NCBI RefSeq assembly: GCF_021028975.2
Contig: NC_059428.1
Coordinates: forward strand, 40,672,001 to 40,736,000
Source of the DNA: Sphaerodactylus townsendi
Taxonomy: Eukaryota
Direction: 5' to 3'
Length of the DNA stretch: 64,000 nt
Below are positions 47,070-59,489 of the stretch, in pieces; the first letter of the stretch is position 1, and each line of letters starts with the position of its first letter. A program made the position numbers and the translations under genes. The notes beneath the pieces were generated by a model. The model was not told where the DNA came from. It searched no databases and saw nothing but the letters and a program-made list of their open reading frames with translations.

Positions 47070-47512
47070 TTGACTTTGCCTGCCTGAAGGAGTGCCTGTT
47101 CCCATATGTACCTGCCCAGGCTCTGAGATCACAGGGGGAGGCTCTTCTGGTAGTACCTCCCCCTGCCTGGGGGTAGGGACATATGGGTTTTTTTTTTCAT
47201 GATTGCCTCCAGGCTGTGGAATAGTCTCCCCTTGGAGATTTACCACGCACCTGCCCTTTGTGGGTTGAGACACATGGTGAAAACCTTCCTTTTTATCCAG
47301 GCATTTGGTTAGCTTCCCTGGAAACCCCCTCTACAGCTTCTGATCTGGGGGAGGTCAGGTTGGGGTTATTTTAATGTGATTGTTATTGCTGTTTAAGTTG
47401 TTATATTTTATGAATGGTGTTTTTCATTGTGGTCTTTATTGTTTTTAAACCTTTGTAAGCCTCCTAGAGAAGTTAGTATGAGGTGGGGTATAAATATAAT
47501 AAATAAATAAAT
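47070..47512 (+). mobile_element. L2-like LINE 3' fragment
   Basis: LKECLFPYVPAQALRS motif, CTGTGGAATAGTCTCCC, (AAAT)n tail. Confidence 0.65.
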
Positions 47513-47850
47513 ATCCCCCCAAATGTTGTTGGTCTCTAAGGTGTTACTTGACTGGAATCTAGCTGGCCTTATATAAAGACAGATAATATTTGTGAGAGAA
47601 AACAAACTGAACAGGGCACTAAGGCCTGATCCAATATTTTGTATAGTTTCTGATGTATTTGACACTATTTCATAGTTCTCATGGTTACAACCTTTATTTC
47701 TTAATAATAAACATAAAGATCCTCAGGATGTCTACTTTTATTCTCTGGGTCAAGGTCAGTGCAACAGCTGTGCAGAAGCACTGAGAATGTATAGCCTTGG
47801 CATTCATGGTGTCTGGTGCTAGTCTAAGATTTGATCTTGCTTTTTTGTAG

Positions 47851-48771
47851 GATTCACAACCCACCAAATTATCATCTAAACCACAATCTCAGCACACTTT
47901 GGATCTATCCCTTAATCGCGGAGATCAAAGAAACCCATTCAAAGTGCTAGACAAGAATCAAGAACGTTTCTGTTTGAAACAGATTAATAACGACGGGGAC
48001 AAAAATTCCCCCAAAAAGGACAATAGAGAGACATTGGGCTACGATAAAAAGTTTCAGCAGAAATTATCAACTGAATCTGTTGGGAAAGAACTTCTGAAAG
48101 ATTGTAAAATTGAGTTGGGAAATAAAAGTGGTAGATCATCCAAGGGGGAAAAACAAACCCAAATGAGTTCAAGTGACCTGACAGCGGGCCTTCAAGAAAC
48201 TGCACTTTTGCATATACCAAAAAGTTGCTCCGGCACGAAAGCTGAGATACCATCTGGGTATATAAGGGGGAGTTCCGTTATGAGACCTGCTAAAGATGGC
48301 TTGCAGAAACAAGAAAGAAGTTGTTGCAGCCAAGCACCAAGCATAAAGCCCCTTAATGAGGACCAGCTTGGAAAAGGAGGATCAGAAACATGCATAGACA
48401 AAAGGGTAACAGTGAAGATGCATGGCAATGGGGGACATGAAAAGAGGACTGTCACACCTGGAGGACTTGTAATCACTGAGGAACATACAGGCCTGCCTAC
48501 AGTGTCCACTAGAGAAAACCCTCTATTACCCAGGGAAATAACTCCAGAAGAAAAACAGGGTACCAACAAAAATGTTACTGGTGATGAGCAGCATAGATTT
48601 TTGCCCTCCAAGTCACCTGTTGAACTAACAGTAGATTCCTTGCATGGAAAAGATTGGTGTAAGAAGAATTCACCTTCCCTCTCGCAAGGAAGCGCCTCTT
48701 CACAAAGGGCAGAAATTGTGGATTCCAAAGCCCTTCACGGCCAACTTTCAGCTCAATTAAGACAAAAAACG
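47851..48771 (+). CDS. TTF2: TTF2 coding exon 5 (large disordered linker; RNPFKVLDKNQE...LSAQLRQKT)
   Basis: 921-nt open frame, phase 0-0, conserved ends. Confidence 0.92.
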
Positions 48772-49319
48772 GTATCTTGCTTGCTTGCTTTTTCGAAGTC
48801 TGAGCATCCCTTTTCACTGTGGCCCAAAGGCTCCTTGTGTCAAAATAATATCCTCTTGAATGTTTTAAAGTGAGCTAGCCTTCAGTTGGCTACCTTTATG
48901 AACCACTCAGGTATTTTACTGCGCCACCATTAGCAAAATTACACACTTCTAAATTTTTTGATTTAAATCAATTTCGAAGGGTTTAACTCTGCTTGGGACT
49001 GACAATGGTGGATGCTAGTTTGTGATACTCAGACTTTGCTTAAGTCAATGACATGAACATAGTTTGGCTTGAGCATAGAAGCCGCATTTTAAAAGTGCTT
49101 CTAGGAGATACTCTGTTTTACATGCATGTGATTCATAGTTAATTTCACATCATCTTTTTGTGGTAATTGCAGGAAGCATTAGTCTGAACTATTTGAATGA
49201 AAAATGTACCTTTACATGAAAAGATTTCTTTGCAGTTGGCTTATTATTTTGACAGTGTGGTACATATTTTAAAATGTTAAGACTACAGAAGTGAATGCCA
49301 CCAGAAGGAAGAGGATGTG

Positions 49320-49697
49320 TAGCCCCATCCACAGGCCGGGTGGCCAGCCGTAGCTGCACCCCCCACTGCTCCCAAAAGGGCTTCCCAGCAGCGCTGCCAC
49401 CAAGAAGCCCCATTGCCCACACCCACCTTACACTGCCGACCGAGGTCCCATAAGGTGGGACTCCCAGCTGCCAGCATAATGCAGTGATTGGCTGGAAGGA
49501 AGCTGAGTAAGATCGGCTCCTTTCCTAGCCATGCTCCCAATTTGCCCTTGCTACACCAGTGACAATGACCCCGTGATGCCAGCTCAGTGTCAAGTGCTGC
49601 ACTCCAACATCATTGCCTTGGGCAGGGTATTTCCACCGATGGAAGCCCATGCTGCTTCCACTGGCAGCTTCAGCACCCCCCTTTGGATGGGGCTGTG
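49320..49697. mobile_element. GC-rich MITE-like element
   Basis: AGCCCCATCCA ... TGGATGGGGCT inverted ends. Confidence 0.55.
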
Positions 49698-50080
49698 AGA
49701 GTAGCATCAAAGTGCAGCGGAGCAGAAAGTTTTGTTCGGTTTCCCCAGGAGAGCATTTATTTTTTGCTTTTGTTTACATGCATGTCACTTGCATTGATTT
49801 TTTGCAGCACTTTTCTTCCTTGGAAGCTGGTTTTGAACAACTCTCTGATCAATCATAGTGCAGGTAGAAGAACTAGAGAAACATCGATGTGTGAGTGCTG
49901 AAGCATCATAAAGCATAGTAATAATCCTGTTGTTGCTACTTGCTGGAAACTTTACAACAGATAATATTTGTCCTCAGTCCTGTATTCCTCTTAAATATTT
50001 CAGAGCTGTTGCAATACATAAAAATAGAGAAGCATGTAGAAAGTCACTGACACCTTTTTCTCCCCCTTTCATCTCTCTAG

Positions 50081-50207
50081 AACACTTTGAAAATGGTGAA
50101 CGTGCGGGCTCTGCCAGATAAAGGGGCACGATTATTAAAGCAAGTGCAAGAGCTGGAAGCTGCACTTAGCTCTCTTAACCTGGAAATCCAAGAAGATGCA
50201 AAGCAAG
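50081..50207 (+). CDS. TTF2: TTF2 coding exon 6 (NTLKMVNVRALPDKGARLLKQVQELE...)
   Basis: 127 nt, LPDKG motif. Confidence 0.94.
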
Positions 50208-50275
50208 GTATGCTTATTCAGAATTTAGAGGCTTTTGGCCATTCAGCAAAGGCAGTATTTTTTCTTTATTTAGAA

Positions 50276-50450
50276 CAGTGGTTTTCAACCTTCCTAATGC
50301 CGCAATCCTTTAATACAGTTCCTCATGTTGTGGTGACCCCCAACACTAACACTTATCCATTTTACACTGATGCAGAGAGTCTTAGGCGACCCCTGTTAAA
50401 GGGTCGTTCTACCCCCAAAGGAGTTGCAACCCACAGGTTGAGAACCGCTG
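50276..50450. mobile_element. hAT (Charlie/SPIN-like) MITE
   Basis: Perfect TSD ATTTAGAA; terminal repeats CAGTGGTTTTCAACCT / AGGTTGAGAACCGCTG. Confidence 0.92.
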
Positions 50451-50989
50451 ATTTAGAACCCTTGGAGATATTTCTTTGGTGCTAAATCTCTCTATCTCAC
50501 TGTGTAAAAATTTATAGTGTATTTTTAAAAATATTGTCTTGGAGCCAGTTCAAACATGTACAAATAGCTGATGATAACATCCCCTTTTGGTCAGTACTTT
50601 TCAGACTGCCATTGGGGGGATCTATTCCTTGAAATGCCAGCAGTACGTGTGAACAGTCTTTCACCAGTTCATCTCCCAGTTCCCAAGACTGGTCTGTGGT
50701 GGAATGGCTGCAGGCAGGGGCAATGCCTCAAGTAGGGATTTGGAATAGCACACAGCGAGATAGACACTACTTGAATTTTAATCTCTATTGTACACAAAAA
50801 TAGCAGAAGGAAAAAAATTCAGGCAGCCATGTAGCATGATCAGTTTGGGTAATTAATGAGGTTGAGTACCTCTGCAGCATACAGTACCACACTAGTATTT
50901 GGGGGATAAGCAAAAACGGGGAAATCACGTAGTGGAAACTGTCCTGGTTATGCTAGGTGTGCTTTCTCTTGGACTAATCCAAAGTCAGA

Positions 50990-51836
50990 ACCAACCCTTG
51001 CGTTAGGTCTCGAACCTTAAGCCAATAAACCGACTCTGTGTAGTTGATCAGAAGCATTTATTGAGAAGCGTCAGAGCACCAAAGCTTGGCAAAGCCAGTT
51101 CTGGCAAACCAGACTTTTGCCACCTCCTTTATCCCCAGCAAGTCCCCCCTCCTCAGTTCCCCCCAAATTGTGAAAAACAGTCCCCGGAGCTGAGGCATCC
51201 CGAGGTTAGTGGCAGATAGTCAGAGAAAGCAACCTAACGTCCTGCCCCCATGAGATAACGAATACGACTCCCTTTCTCATGGGATCAGGGTGTCAGAGGA
51301 AAGCCTAGTTATCTACAAAGTTTGTGAAGCCATAAGTAAAGATCAAGGAAACAATGCCCCAGGTTGTCAGTGGTCAGTGGCCACTGAAAGATGCTGGGAA
51401 ATGAGCGCTATCTATGCCTTCATGATTAGATGTCCAGAGCAGTTTTCATGGTAAGGCCGATTCCTGGATGGTCCTAGAAGGTTGATATTACCCTGCAAAC
51501 ATTGATCATTAATGATAGCCTGAATTTTGATGAGTCCTCAAGAAGCCACAAAATAAAACCATAGTCAGGGGAGGGTGTGGGTTCCCATGGTGGGACGGGA
51601 GACACCTCACTGCTTCCTGTGGGTCATCTTCTTGATTGCCTGTAACTTGATCTTAGTTTCCCTGCTTCAATATCAAACATGGAGTCTTTCCCTGCATCTC
51701 AGACATTGCAAGGTCTGAGAATTCAAGGAGGTCCTGGGGTTGGATCTCAAAAGCATCTTTTGGGGTAAGACATGGGATCACGTGTTTGAATGCTCACCCA
51801 TAATGGATGAGTGCTCATCGAAAGCTGTTGTGTTAC
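50990..51836 (-). mobile_element. Possible solo LTR / ERV-like insertion
   Basis: Minus-strand AATAAA (plus-strand TTTATT near 51057) downstream of a TATA-like ATAAAAG (near 51128); ends TGTTACA; boundaries and TSD unresolved. Confidence 0.35.
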
Positions 51837-52002
51837 ATTCCCTCTTTCTGAAATACCCGTTTCTGAGCTGCATGTAGGTATGTTAAACAAGTGCAACAGT
51901 TTCCAAATTTGCAATTACACTCTCTTTCCATTTGAAATGGTAGTCCCTAAAGTACTTTTCCTTACTTTTAGTGCCATGTTTGAACTGGGTTTTACCTAAC
52001 AG

Positions 52003-52188
52003 GTGATGCGGGCATTGTCAGAAAGAAAGAAGAATTGCTGCATAACCCATTCAGAAGAACCACCACAGAGCCACCAAGTATCCTGAAGGGAAAAGGGCCA
52101 CAGATGTTCCATGAGCATAAGGATACCAGACAGTTAGAGCTCAGTCTTCCTGCAGGATCTAATCAACACTGTAGTAACCCTTCTGGAG
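52003..52188 (+). CDS. TTF2: TTF2 coding exon 7 (DAGIVRKKEELLHNPFRR...SNPSG)
   Basis: 186 nt open, phase 1-1, CAG acceptor and GTAAG donor; protein is divergent here. Confidence 0.82.
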
Positions 52189-52528
52189 GTAAGTGGGGGA
52201 GCAGCCAGCCATGATTAAAGTATAGAATGGATTGGCATAAACCTCGCTTACTTTTTAGAACAGCTCACTGATCTAGTAATCCCTCTAACTTCCTGAGGTC
52301 ATTACTCCCAAAATAAAATGTATGTATATTGTGGTGTTTTCATGGCAGAATGGGAAGTATAAGAAATTGCATTTTCATAGTGCCTGTTGTTGTCTTTGGG
52401 TGTTGCCTGATTCTTTTAAAACATTTTGCGTTCCAAGAAGCTAAATCCTAGCTGTCGCTGCTTTTCTGCCCTCTTGACAACTTTCTAGCCAGCAGCTCAT
52501 TATTTGACTCTCCAGTGCTGTTTTCCAG

Positions 52529-52686
52529 AATATTCTTCTGTGCAAACCTTTTATGGAGGTCGAATGACAGAAGATCGGCTCAGAGCTGTGTATAATGCCA
52601 CAAGTGATGCAATTAACCAGCTCCACAAGTCCCTCAAGTCCTGCCCCGCAGAGGAGGCGGTGGCTGTAGACCCGCCAGGGTTGAAG
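52529..52686 (+). CDS. TTF2: TTF2 coding exon 8 ([17 protein letters not shown]...DPPGLK)
   Basis: 158 nt, phase 1-0; in-frame alternative exon starts are possible at 52493 and 52496. Confidence 0.85.
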
Positions 52687-53584
52687 GTGAGCTAAGGTGA
52701 TAAAGAATGTTGTGCGATCTGTGACATGGTCACTGCAACGTACTGCTATTTTCCCTCCTGCCAGAATTTTTTTACGTGAGTTTTGTGCAGTCAAAAGAAG
52801 CCCGAAAGAAGCTGAAATAATTTGTTTGCAGTCCTATGAATAAGAGCCAATGAACTGAAGTTCAATCCAAACAATACTGAGAGAGTATTCATGTGCTTAG
52901 GACTGAGGAGTCAGTGGCTAATTATACACTAGTACTTCACCCCACAGCAGGCGTATGGTTCCTGTGAGGCAGAGATTCTTGTACTAAAGTTGTGTCGTTG
53001 GAGATCCCTGATGCCCCTTAGTTTGCGAAGCCAGGAAAACCACAAAGTTTCCTCTCACTGCAGGACTTCCCTCCTTCTGGCTCCAAAGGCAAGATCAAAG
53101 ATAGCCTGACTTGTTTTTTAAAGTCCTTTAAAGGTAATAACAATATTGCTTATATCGATCTTACCTTTAAAGGGTAATATCGATCTTTCCTTTTGACTGG
53201 AGGTGAAACTTGAAGGGAGGACAGGCTCTCGCAAGTCATGCGGCAGAAAGTGGGGCAGCTTCTTGTGTTTGAATGGGGAAATGTGAGGAGACCCCACTGT
53301 GGAGGGCTGCAGGGTTCGGAGTGCCACGGAAAGTGCTCCAAGGAAAGTGAGCTAGTGTATCCTGGAAGGAATTGGCCTGTGAGCATCCCCTGCTATATCA
53401 GTATTAAATCTTGTGTGAATGTGATCATTGCATGTATGGGAGCACCATAGAGGGTCCCAGGGCAGTTGCTCAAGAGGTAGCAGAATCAAGGGTTAATAAG
53501 GAAGTAACTACTGTTGAACATGAAATCTGAGTGCCATCTCTTGCAAACAGCAGTTAATTCCACATCCTGTGCTCTCTTTCCTAG

Positions 53585-53666
53585 GTCTCTCTTTTGCTGC
53601 ACCAGAAACAGGCACTTGCTTGGCTTCTCTGGCGGGAAATCCAGGTGCCATGTGGAGGAATCCTGG
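53585..53666 (+). CDS. TTF2: TTF2 coding exon 9 ([27 protein letters not shown])
   Basis: 82 nt, Q-motif region of the SNF2 ATPase. Confidence 0.96.
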
Positions 53667-54629
53667 GTAAGAAAGTTTATGATTCTGAGGGTATTCATAC
53701 AGCTCTTTTCCTAATAAAAGAAGCTTTTCTTATCAGGTGTCCCACATAGCATTGAGGGCATAATAATCTATGGAATGGTAAAAGAGCTAATCAAAAATTC
53801 CAAGATAAATGGAAAATGTCCTTCTTGTATTATTCATAAACATAAAGTAATGAAATGTAAATAGAGAAATGTAGTGAGTGTGTGAGTATAGAATCATTAA
53901 TCGGTGTTAGTGCTATTAGACCTGTGCCAGAGGATTTTAAAAAATTATAACCTGACAGATTCTATAATTTTTGGGGGAAAAAATTGGACTATAATAATAA
54001 TTGTGATTCAATATCAGTTGATCAATTTATGCCTTTATAGAACATCATTTGTGTAACTTTATATTTAGAACTAGCGGGCCCTGCCACGCGTTGCTGTGGC
54101 TCAGTCTGGTGAGGTGGAAAAGAAAGAAAAGGGGAAGCGAACGGTTCGAACATGTATCATTGCACAATGCTTGCAAGGGAGGGGAGGGGCAAGGGGCCCC
54201 TCGCTCCCCTCCCTCACTTCCGTTCCCTTGCATGGCACCCCGCCCCATCCCTCCCTAACGTTTCCCTTCCTGTGCTAGGGTGGGTGGGCTATGTCTAGGT
54301 GGCTGGCCCTGTCCCTTTCACTCCCTTCCCTTGCAGGCGAATTACCTAACTTAAAACACACTGGGAGGCGTGAGCTACGTTTTGTCAGAACGTTTGGTCC
54401 AGCAAATCCCCAGACCTCCCCCTCACCTTCTCTCCTTTCCTCACGCTAGGGTGGAGTGGAGTCATGTGTCCAGATTGCGGGCCCCATCCCTTTCTCACTC
54501 CAGATGGCAGCAATTTTCAAAGGAAGGCATGGATTGGTTCTGGAGGGTTTTCCGGACTGTGGCTGTGGTCTGGTAGATTTTGTTCCCTAATGCTTTCGGC
54601 CCACTGCATCTGTGGCTGTAGCATCTTCA

Positions 54630-56960
54630 GAGGTGGAATGTATCCACAGAGAAAAAAGTTTGTTTCTCTACCTGGGTCTAAGTGAGAAGGGAAAGTTTAG
54701 TGTGGTATATTGTCCATGTCCCAAGGGTGGGGGAACCAATCATTAACTGTTTGGAGTGGAACTTGGCTATGCAAAGGTGTGGTTGAGTGCATTGTATGTA
54801 TTGCAGGTGGGGTTATCAGTCCATTTTTAAGTACTGGGAGCCAGGCCCCTGCTAATCTTCAAAGTCTCTTCTTTCTTATTGAAATTGTCCTGGTGTTTGT
54901 GAGTTTCAATGGCTTCCCTATTACCAGTCTGGACATAGTAGGCTTCTGAATTGTCCAGAATTTAAGAATTGCTTAACACATGTTCTGCAACTGCAGATTT
55001 TCAGGATGGATTGGTTAAGCCAACTGAGTGTCTTCGTGTTCCCTTAATACAGGTCTGAATGCTTGTATGTTTTGTGGTTCCTATGTAGACCTTTCCACAG
55101 GCTACAGGGTATGCGCATACTCCTGCAGAGAGTGAGGGGATCTCTCTTGTCCTTTTGGCTGAGCCGTGAGCATCTGCTGTATTTTTTCCCTGGAGTGCAG
55201 GGGTAGGGAACCTGCGGCTCTCCAGATGTTCAGGAACTACAATTCCCATCAGCCCCTACCAGCATGGTCAATTGGCCATGCTGACAGAGGCTGATGGGAA
55301 TTGTAGTTCCTGAACATCTGGAGAGCCGCAGGTTCCCTACCCCTGTCCTAGTGGGATTTTGAAAATGGCTCTTTGTAGGTAATGCTTTTTTCATCAGTTT
55401 CCCATTTGCCCCAGTCTGTGATTCCCCTATGATGTATGGTGAGAAATATTTTTTTCCCTGCGTGTGAGAGTGTTTCTCCTTAGTCCCTCTTGGTTTCTCT
55501 CCTTTGGTCTTAAAGCTCTTCTGGATTTCTGTTGTGGAGTAGCCATTAGCCTGCAGAGCCCAGTATAGATGGTTGTTTTCATCCCAGGGGAGGAGATGAG
55601 GTTCCTGACAGATCTCGTTTTGCACAATCTATCAGGAGTTTTGATTATGCCCTGTTTCCTGTTGTGGATGATGGTTGGAGTTTTCTATGTAGATACCAGT
55701 CTCTGTGTGTCGGGTTTTCTATATACTGTGTGTACCCAGTTGGTGGTTGGGTCATGCGAAGAGACCAAGACATCCTAAAAAAAGGCAGTTTCCCCTTCTT
55801 TTCAGTTTCTATGGTAAATTGTACATTTGGGTGGATGCTGTTAAGGTGGTTCAGAAAAATTCAGCCAGTTCCTCTCCTCACCATGGCTCCAGATTGTAAA
55901 AGTAAGTCATCCAGCCAAATCAGAACCAAGTTGCAGATTTCCTGGGTGCTGTGTTGAGGGTTTCTTTCTCAAAATGTTCCATATGAAATTGGCTATCACT
56001 GGGCTGGGGGGGGGCTTCCACATGGCCACCCCATCGGTTCTGCTCATAATAATCATTGTCCCCTTGGAAGTAGCTGGTTTGTTAGGCAGTGTTGAAATAA
56101 AGCAGTGATGTCATCCTCTAAAGGCTTATTTGGCTGATGAGTGCAAGTGTGTCTTTCACTGGAACTTTGGTGAACAGTGGAGACAACATTAAAGCTGATA
56201 AGTCTGTGCAGCTAGAGGTTGAGATGGAGATATAGCTAATTTTTTTTTTTTTACGATGAAGTTAGGGCTGAGTCTTTAACATAATGCGCTGTGTGTCCAA
56301 TGTGGCTTTGTGAACTGTGAAGTCAAGAATTTTGCCAGTTCCATACATTAGGGTAACTAATCGCGCTCACAATAGGTCTGGAGTGGGATGGATTCCTTGT
56401 GGATTTAGGGGAGTCCATATAACCGGGGTGGAAGCAGCTTCCTGACTTATGGCAGAGTCGTTGGCATGTGTCTGGTTGAATGGAGGAGCTCTTAATCCAA
56501 TGTGATGGTTTGGCGAGTGAGTTTCTTGGTTGGGTCTTGCTTTCAGTTTTTTTTTGTATGTTGTAGGATCCAGGAGTTCCCTCTGATTTTTTTCTTTTAT
56601 ATTGTTCAGTCTTCATGATTACTGGGTTGCATTTCCAGCTTTGTCTGCTGGAAGGATGATGATTTCTGGATCTAGAGCTGAGATTCTTAATAGCTTTGTT
56701 TCTTTCCTTTCATGTAATATTAGTGGGGGAAGTTTTGCTTTCTCGCAATATTCTTGCTGCTTCTGTCCTCATTAATTCCTCTGCTGTTTGTGTGGCTGGC
56801 AATGTCTTTCTCCATTTTTCATGTAGGTGAGGGCTTGTCAATTTTGTCCCAGTCCTGGCTTCTCATTTTTTTGACTGATGTGGATGTGGAGAAGTAGTAA
56901 CACCTTGTCTATGGCTGCAAGTTCTTTGGCTTGAGGTGGTGTGAATTCTCTCCATGTACT
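54630..56960 (-). mobile_element. Penelope-like (Poseidon-type) retroelement ORF, frameshifted, inside the Helitron
   Basis: In order on the minus strand: IIILPADKAGNAT, RPIVSAI, LFTKVPVKDT, DGVAM(GSP)..SPVIANF(.)MEHFE, ALQANGYS, CGKVYIGTTK (GIY-YIG). Confidence 0.85.
55198..55345. mobile_element. Near-perfect palindromic hAT MITE nested in the Penelope/Helitron
   Basis: Arms of about 55 bp: CAGGGGTAGGGAACCTGCGGCTCTCCAGATGTTCAGGAACTACAATTCCCATCAGCC; TSD only partly recognisable. Confidence 0.9.
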
Positions 56961-57919
56961 AATGCACATTTCCAGGCGTAGGTCATATATATAATGGGTT
57001 AGCCTGTACGGGATTTGAAAGTCCTTTTTGCTTTGAGAAAGGCTGGAATAGTCTGGAATAGTCTGGAATAGAAGGCATGTTTGTTTCCCTTATATCAGAG
57101 GGTGTTGCTTTGACAGCCAGCAGATGGCGCTGTTGCAGAACAGAACTGTGGTTCCAACTGTCACAGTTGTGGCAGATTCCACAAAAACGGCCACAGTTGG
57201 CGGCCTTGACACATGTACTTTCAACAGGATGTGTGGAAACAGTATGCAAACCTGGTCGCACATGAGTGCGACGTTGTGTGAAAATTTCAAAGCAATCGGT
57301 CCAGTAGTTTGGGAGTTCACTTGTCAGGAGAAAAACGAACTGTTAGATTTTTATATATATATATTGTGACTAAGTTGTGTTTTATTCTTGGTTCCAATTC
57401 TTTTGTTTGATTCATTGTTTCTATAATGTTTTTATGGAAAAGTTTTAAAAATTAATTTTAAAAAGTCTATGGTATGGCCTGCTTCCCCAAGTTAGAATGT
57501 GAGTAAGTTTTAATCTAAACCCTGAATCAAAGGACATTAGGCACAGTTCTAATCTACTTTCCAGCTCTTGGAGAGTTCACAGGAGTCCCTCATAGGCTGA
57601 GGGTCAGTGTAGAAGTGGAGTTCCTGGGGAACATAACTAAATAGCTGGCTAGGTTTGGAAAGAAGATTCCACATGGAAGCTAGCTGGCTCAGAGAAATAG
57701 GTACATATAGCTAAAGGGCTCTGTTCCTTTCTGTTTCCATGTCACATATGCTATCTCAAAACAGTAGAGCAAAGGACCTCATAAAACTCATAGTCTGTTG
57801 ATAATGGCATGGTCTTTCTAGCGCTGACTGCATTATGGTCTGGGGTGCTGGTAGGCTTCTTCCTTTGACTTCCTTGTCAATCTGAATAAGTAGTGTGTAC
57901 CATACACTAGATTCGTATT

Positions 57920-58420
57920 TCTTTTCCCATGAAAATGAGGCAATACACCCTCCAAAGAGCGCTTTGCTCAGCTGGGAACAACTTACTGGTGTTGCTTGGC
58001 CTAAAAAAACATCCACTGTCCTCAACCAGAACCAGAGTCTTCTGGGCGGTGGCCCCAGTCTGGTAGAACTCTGTTAAGTGAGACCAGGGCCCTGTGGGAC
58101 TTGATGTAATTCTGCAGAAGACTGAGATATTCCGTCAAGCCTACAGCTGAGGACAACAATGGTTTCCATCTTAGCTGGCCTCCCTCCTTCCCCTGGTACC
58201 ATGTGCCTATATTTTACCTACTTTTATTATTTCCCATCCCTTCCCTTATGGAGGCTACTCTGTTGTTCCTTCCCCCCTTTTGACTGTTTCCCTGTTAGTA
58301 TTACATGGCTTAGGGGCGCCATTGGAATTTTAATAGGTATTGAGGCTTTTACATTGTAATTGATATGATTTCAATGTTTGTTGGAATTTGTTGTAAGCTG
58401 CCCTGAGCCTGACTCCCTGG
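57920..58420 (+). mobile_element. L2-like LINE 3' fragment
   Basis: GCTTTGCTCAGCTGGGAACAACTTACTGG..., CTGGTAGAACTCTG, and TGTAAGCTGCCCTGAGCC 3' motif. Confidence 0.5.
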
Positions 58421-58463
58421 TATTTGTTTTGTTCTCTTCCTCCCGCCTCCCTCCTCACTCCAG

Positions 58464-58580
58464 CGGATGATATGGGCTTAGGGAAGACTTTAACAATGAT
58501 TGCACTTGTCCTGTCCCAGGGACAGTTACAAAAGGAGAAGCGACAGGAGAAGAAATTAGAGATCTGCATTTCACGACAAG
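58464..58580 (+). CDS. TTF2: TTF2 coding exon 10 (ADDMGLGKTLTMIALVL...)
   Basis: 117 nt, Walker A. Confidence 0.96.
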
Positions 58581-58748
58581 GTATAGAAGAAGCAACACTA
58601 ACAATTCTGCTGTCACAGTCTGTAGACCTGTTCACACAGACCAGTAACACTGGATAAATTCTTTTCTACTTTTCTTTTCTGTGTAACCAATAAACATGGT
58701 GGACTGTTTCAACAAAATATGTTCACATATTATTCTTTATATTTGAAG

Positions 58749-58899
58749 ATTCCTCTGTTACGTTTTCCAATGGTACTCTGATCGTCTGCCCTGCCTCCCT
58801 GATCCATCATTGGAAAAAGGAAGTGGAACGGCATGTAAACAATGGCAAACTGAGAATCTGCCTGTACCATGGACACAACCGAAACAAGAATACAACAGT
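58749..58899 (+). CDS. TTF2: TTF2 coding exon 11 ([25 protein letters not shown]...LYHGHNR...)
   Basis: 151 nt, motif Ia. Confidence 0.95.
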
Positions 58900-59489
58900 G
58901 TAAGTGCAAAGCCAGAAGGCAGTTCCAACATAAGCTTAATATCATACAACCTTGACACTGGATTGCTATTTCAATGTTCTTTTGCTGGACCTCTGGAGAA
59001 GTCTTGGCACAGAGAAATTGTGCAGCTTAGAGTATGGGCTGAAAGGATCAGTATTTCCTCTTGGCCTTTCAACAGCCATCTTGGCAAACAGAGCTGAACC
59101 AGTTTATATTTGTCACATGTCAATTTCATTGTGGTTGGCAATTTTGACACATTCTTACCATGCAGATGAAACCTGTTCCTCTCTTAATAGTGGGCTAGGA
59201 TAATTCTGTGGAGTGTGTCCTCTTTAATGATACAGTGGAGCTTGCTATTAGAGTAGAAAAAATGTGGAGCTGTTCTATCTGTCCCATTCTCCAAGACACT
59301 GGAAAGGTGGGCAGAAATGCGCAAGTCAAATTAGAACTGTTCGTTTTTCTTTAATGGGGAATCCAAATACTGGCTTATTTAGGATATTAATTTCTCATGG
59401 CAATAAGTGGGAATTTTTTTTCTTTAGTTGTTTATAGTTTTTCTGAGATATCCTGTGACTTACGAGCTGTGTGTCGCATTTCTGTGCAG

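Larger units (their letters stand above)
54071..57363 (-). mobile_element. Non-autonomous Helitron (about 3.3 kb) in TTF2 intron 9
   Basis: Minus-strand 3' end: hairpin GCCACAGCAACGCGTGGC, 8 nt, then CTAG followed by host T; 5' end A|TATATATATATAAAAATC; no TSD. Confidence 0.78.

Noticed and set aside
48192-48728. 178-aa antisense ORF
   Set aside because: Shadow of TTF2 exon 5; no independent support.
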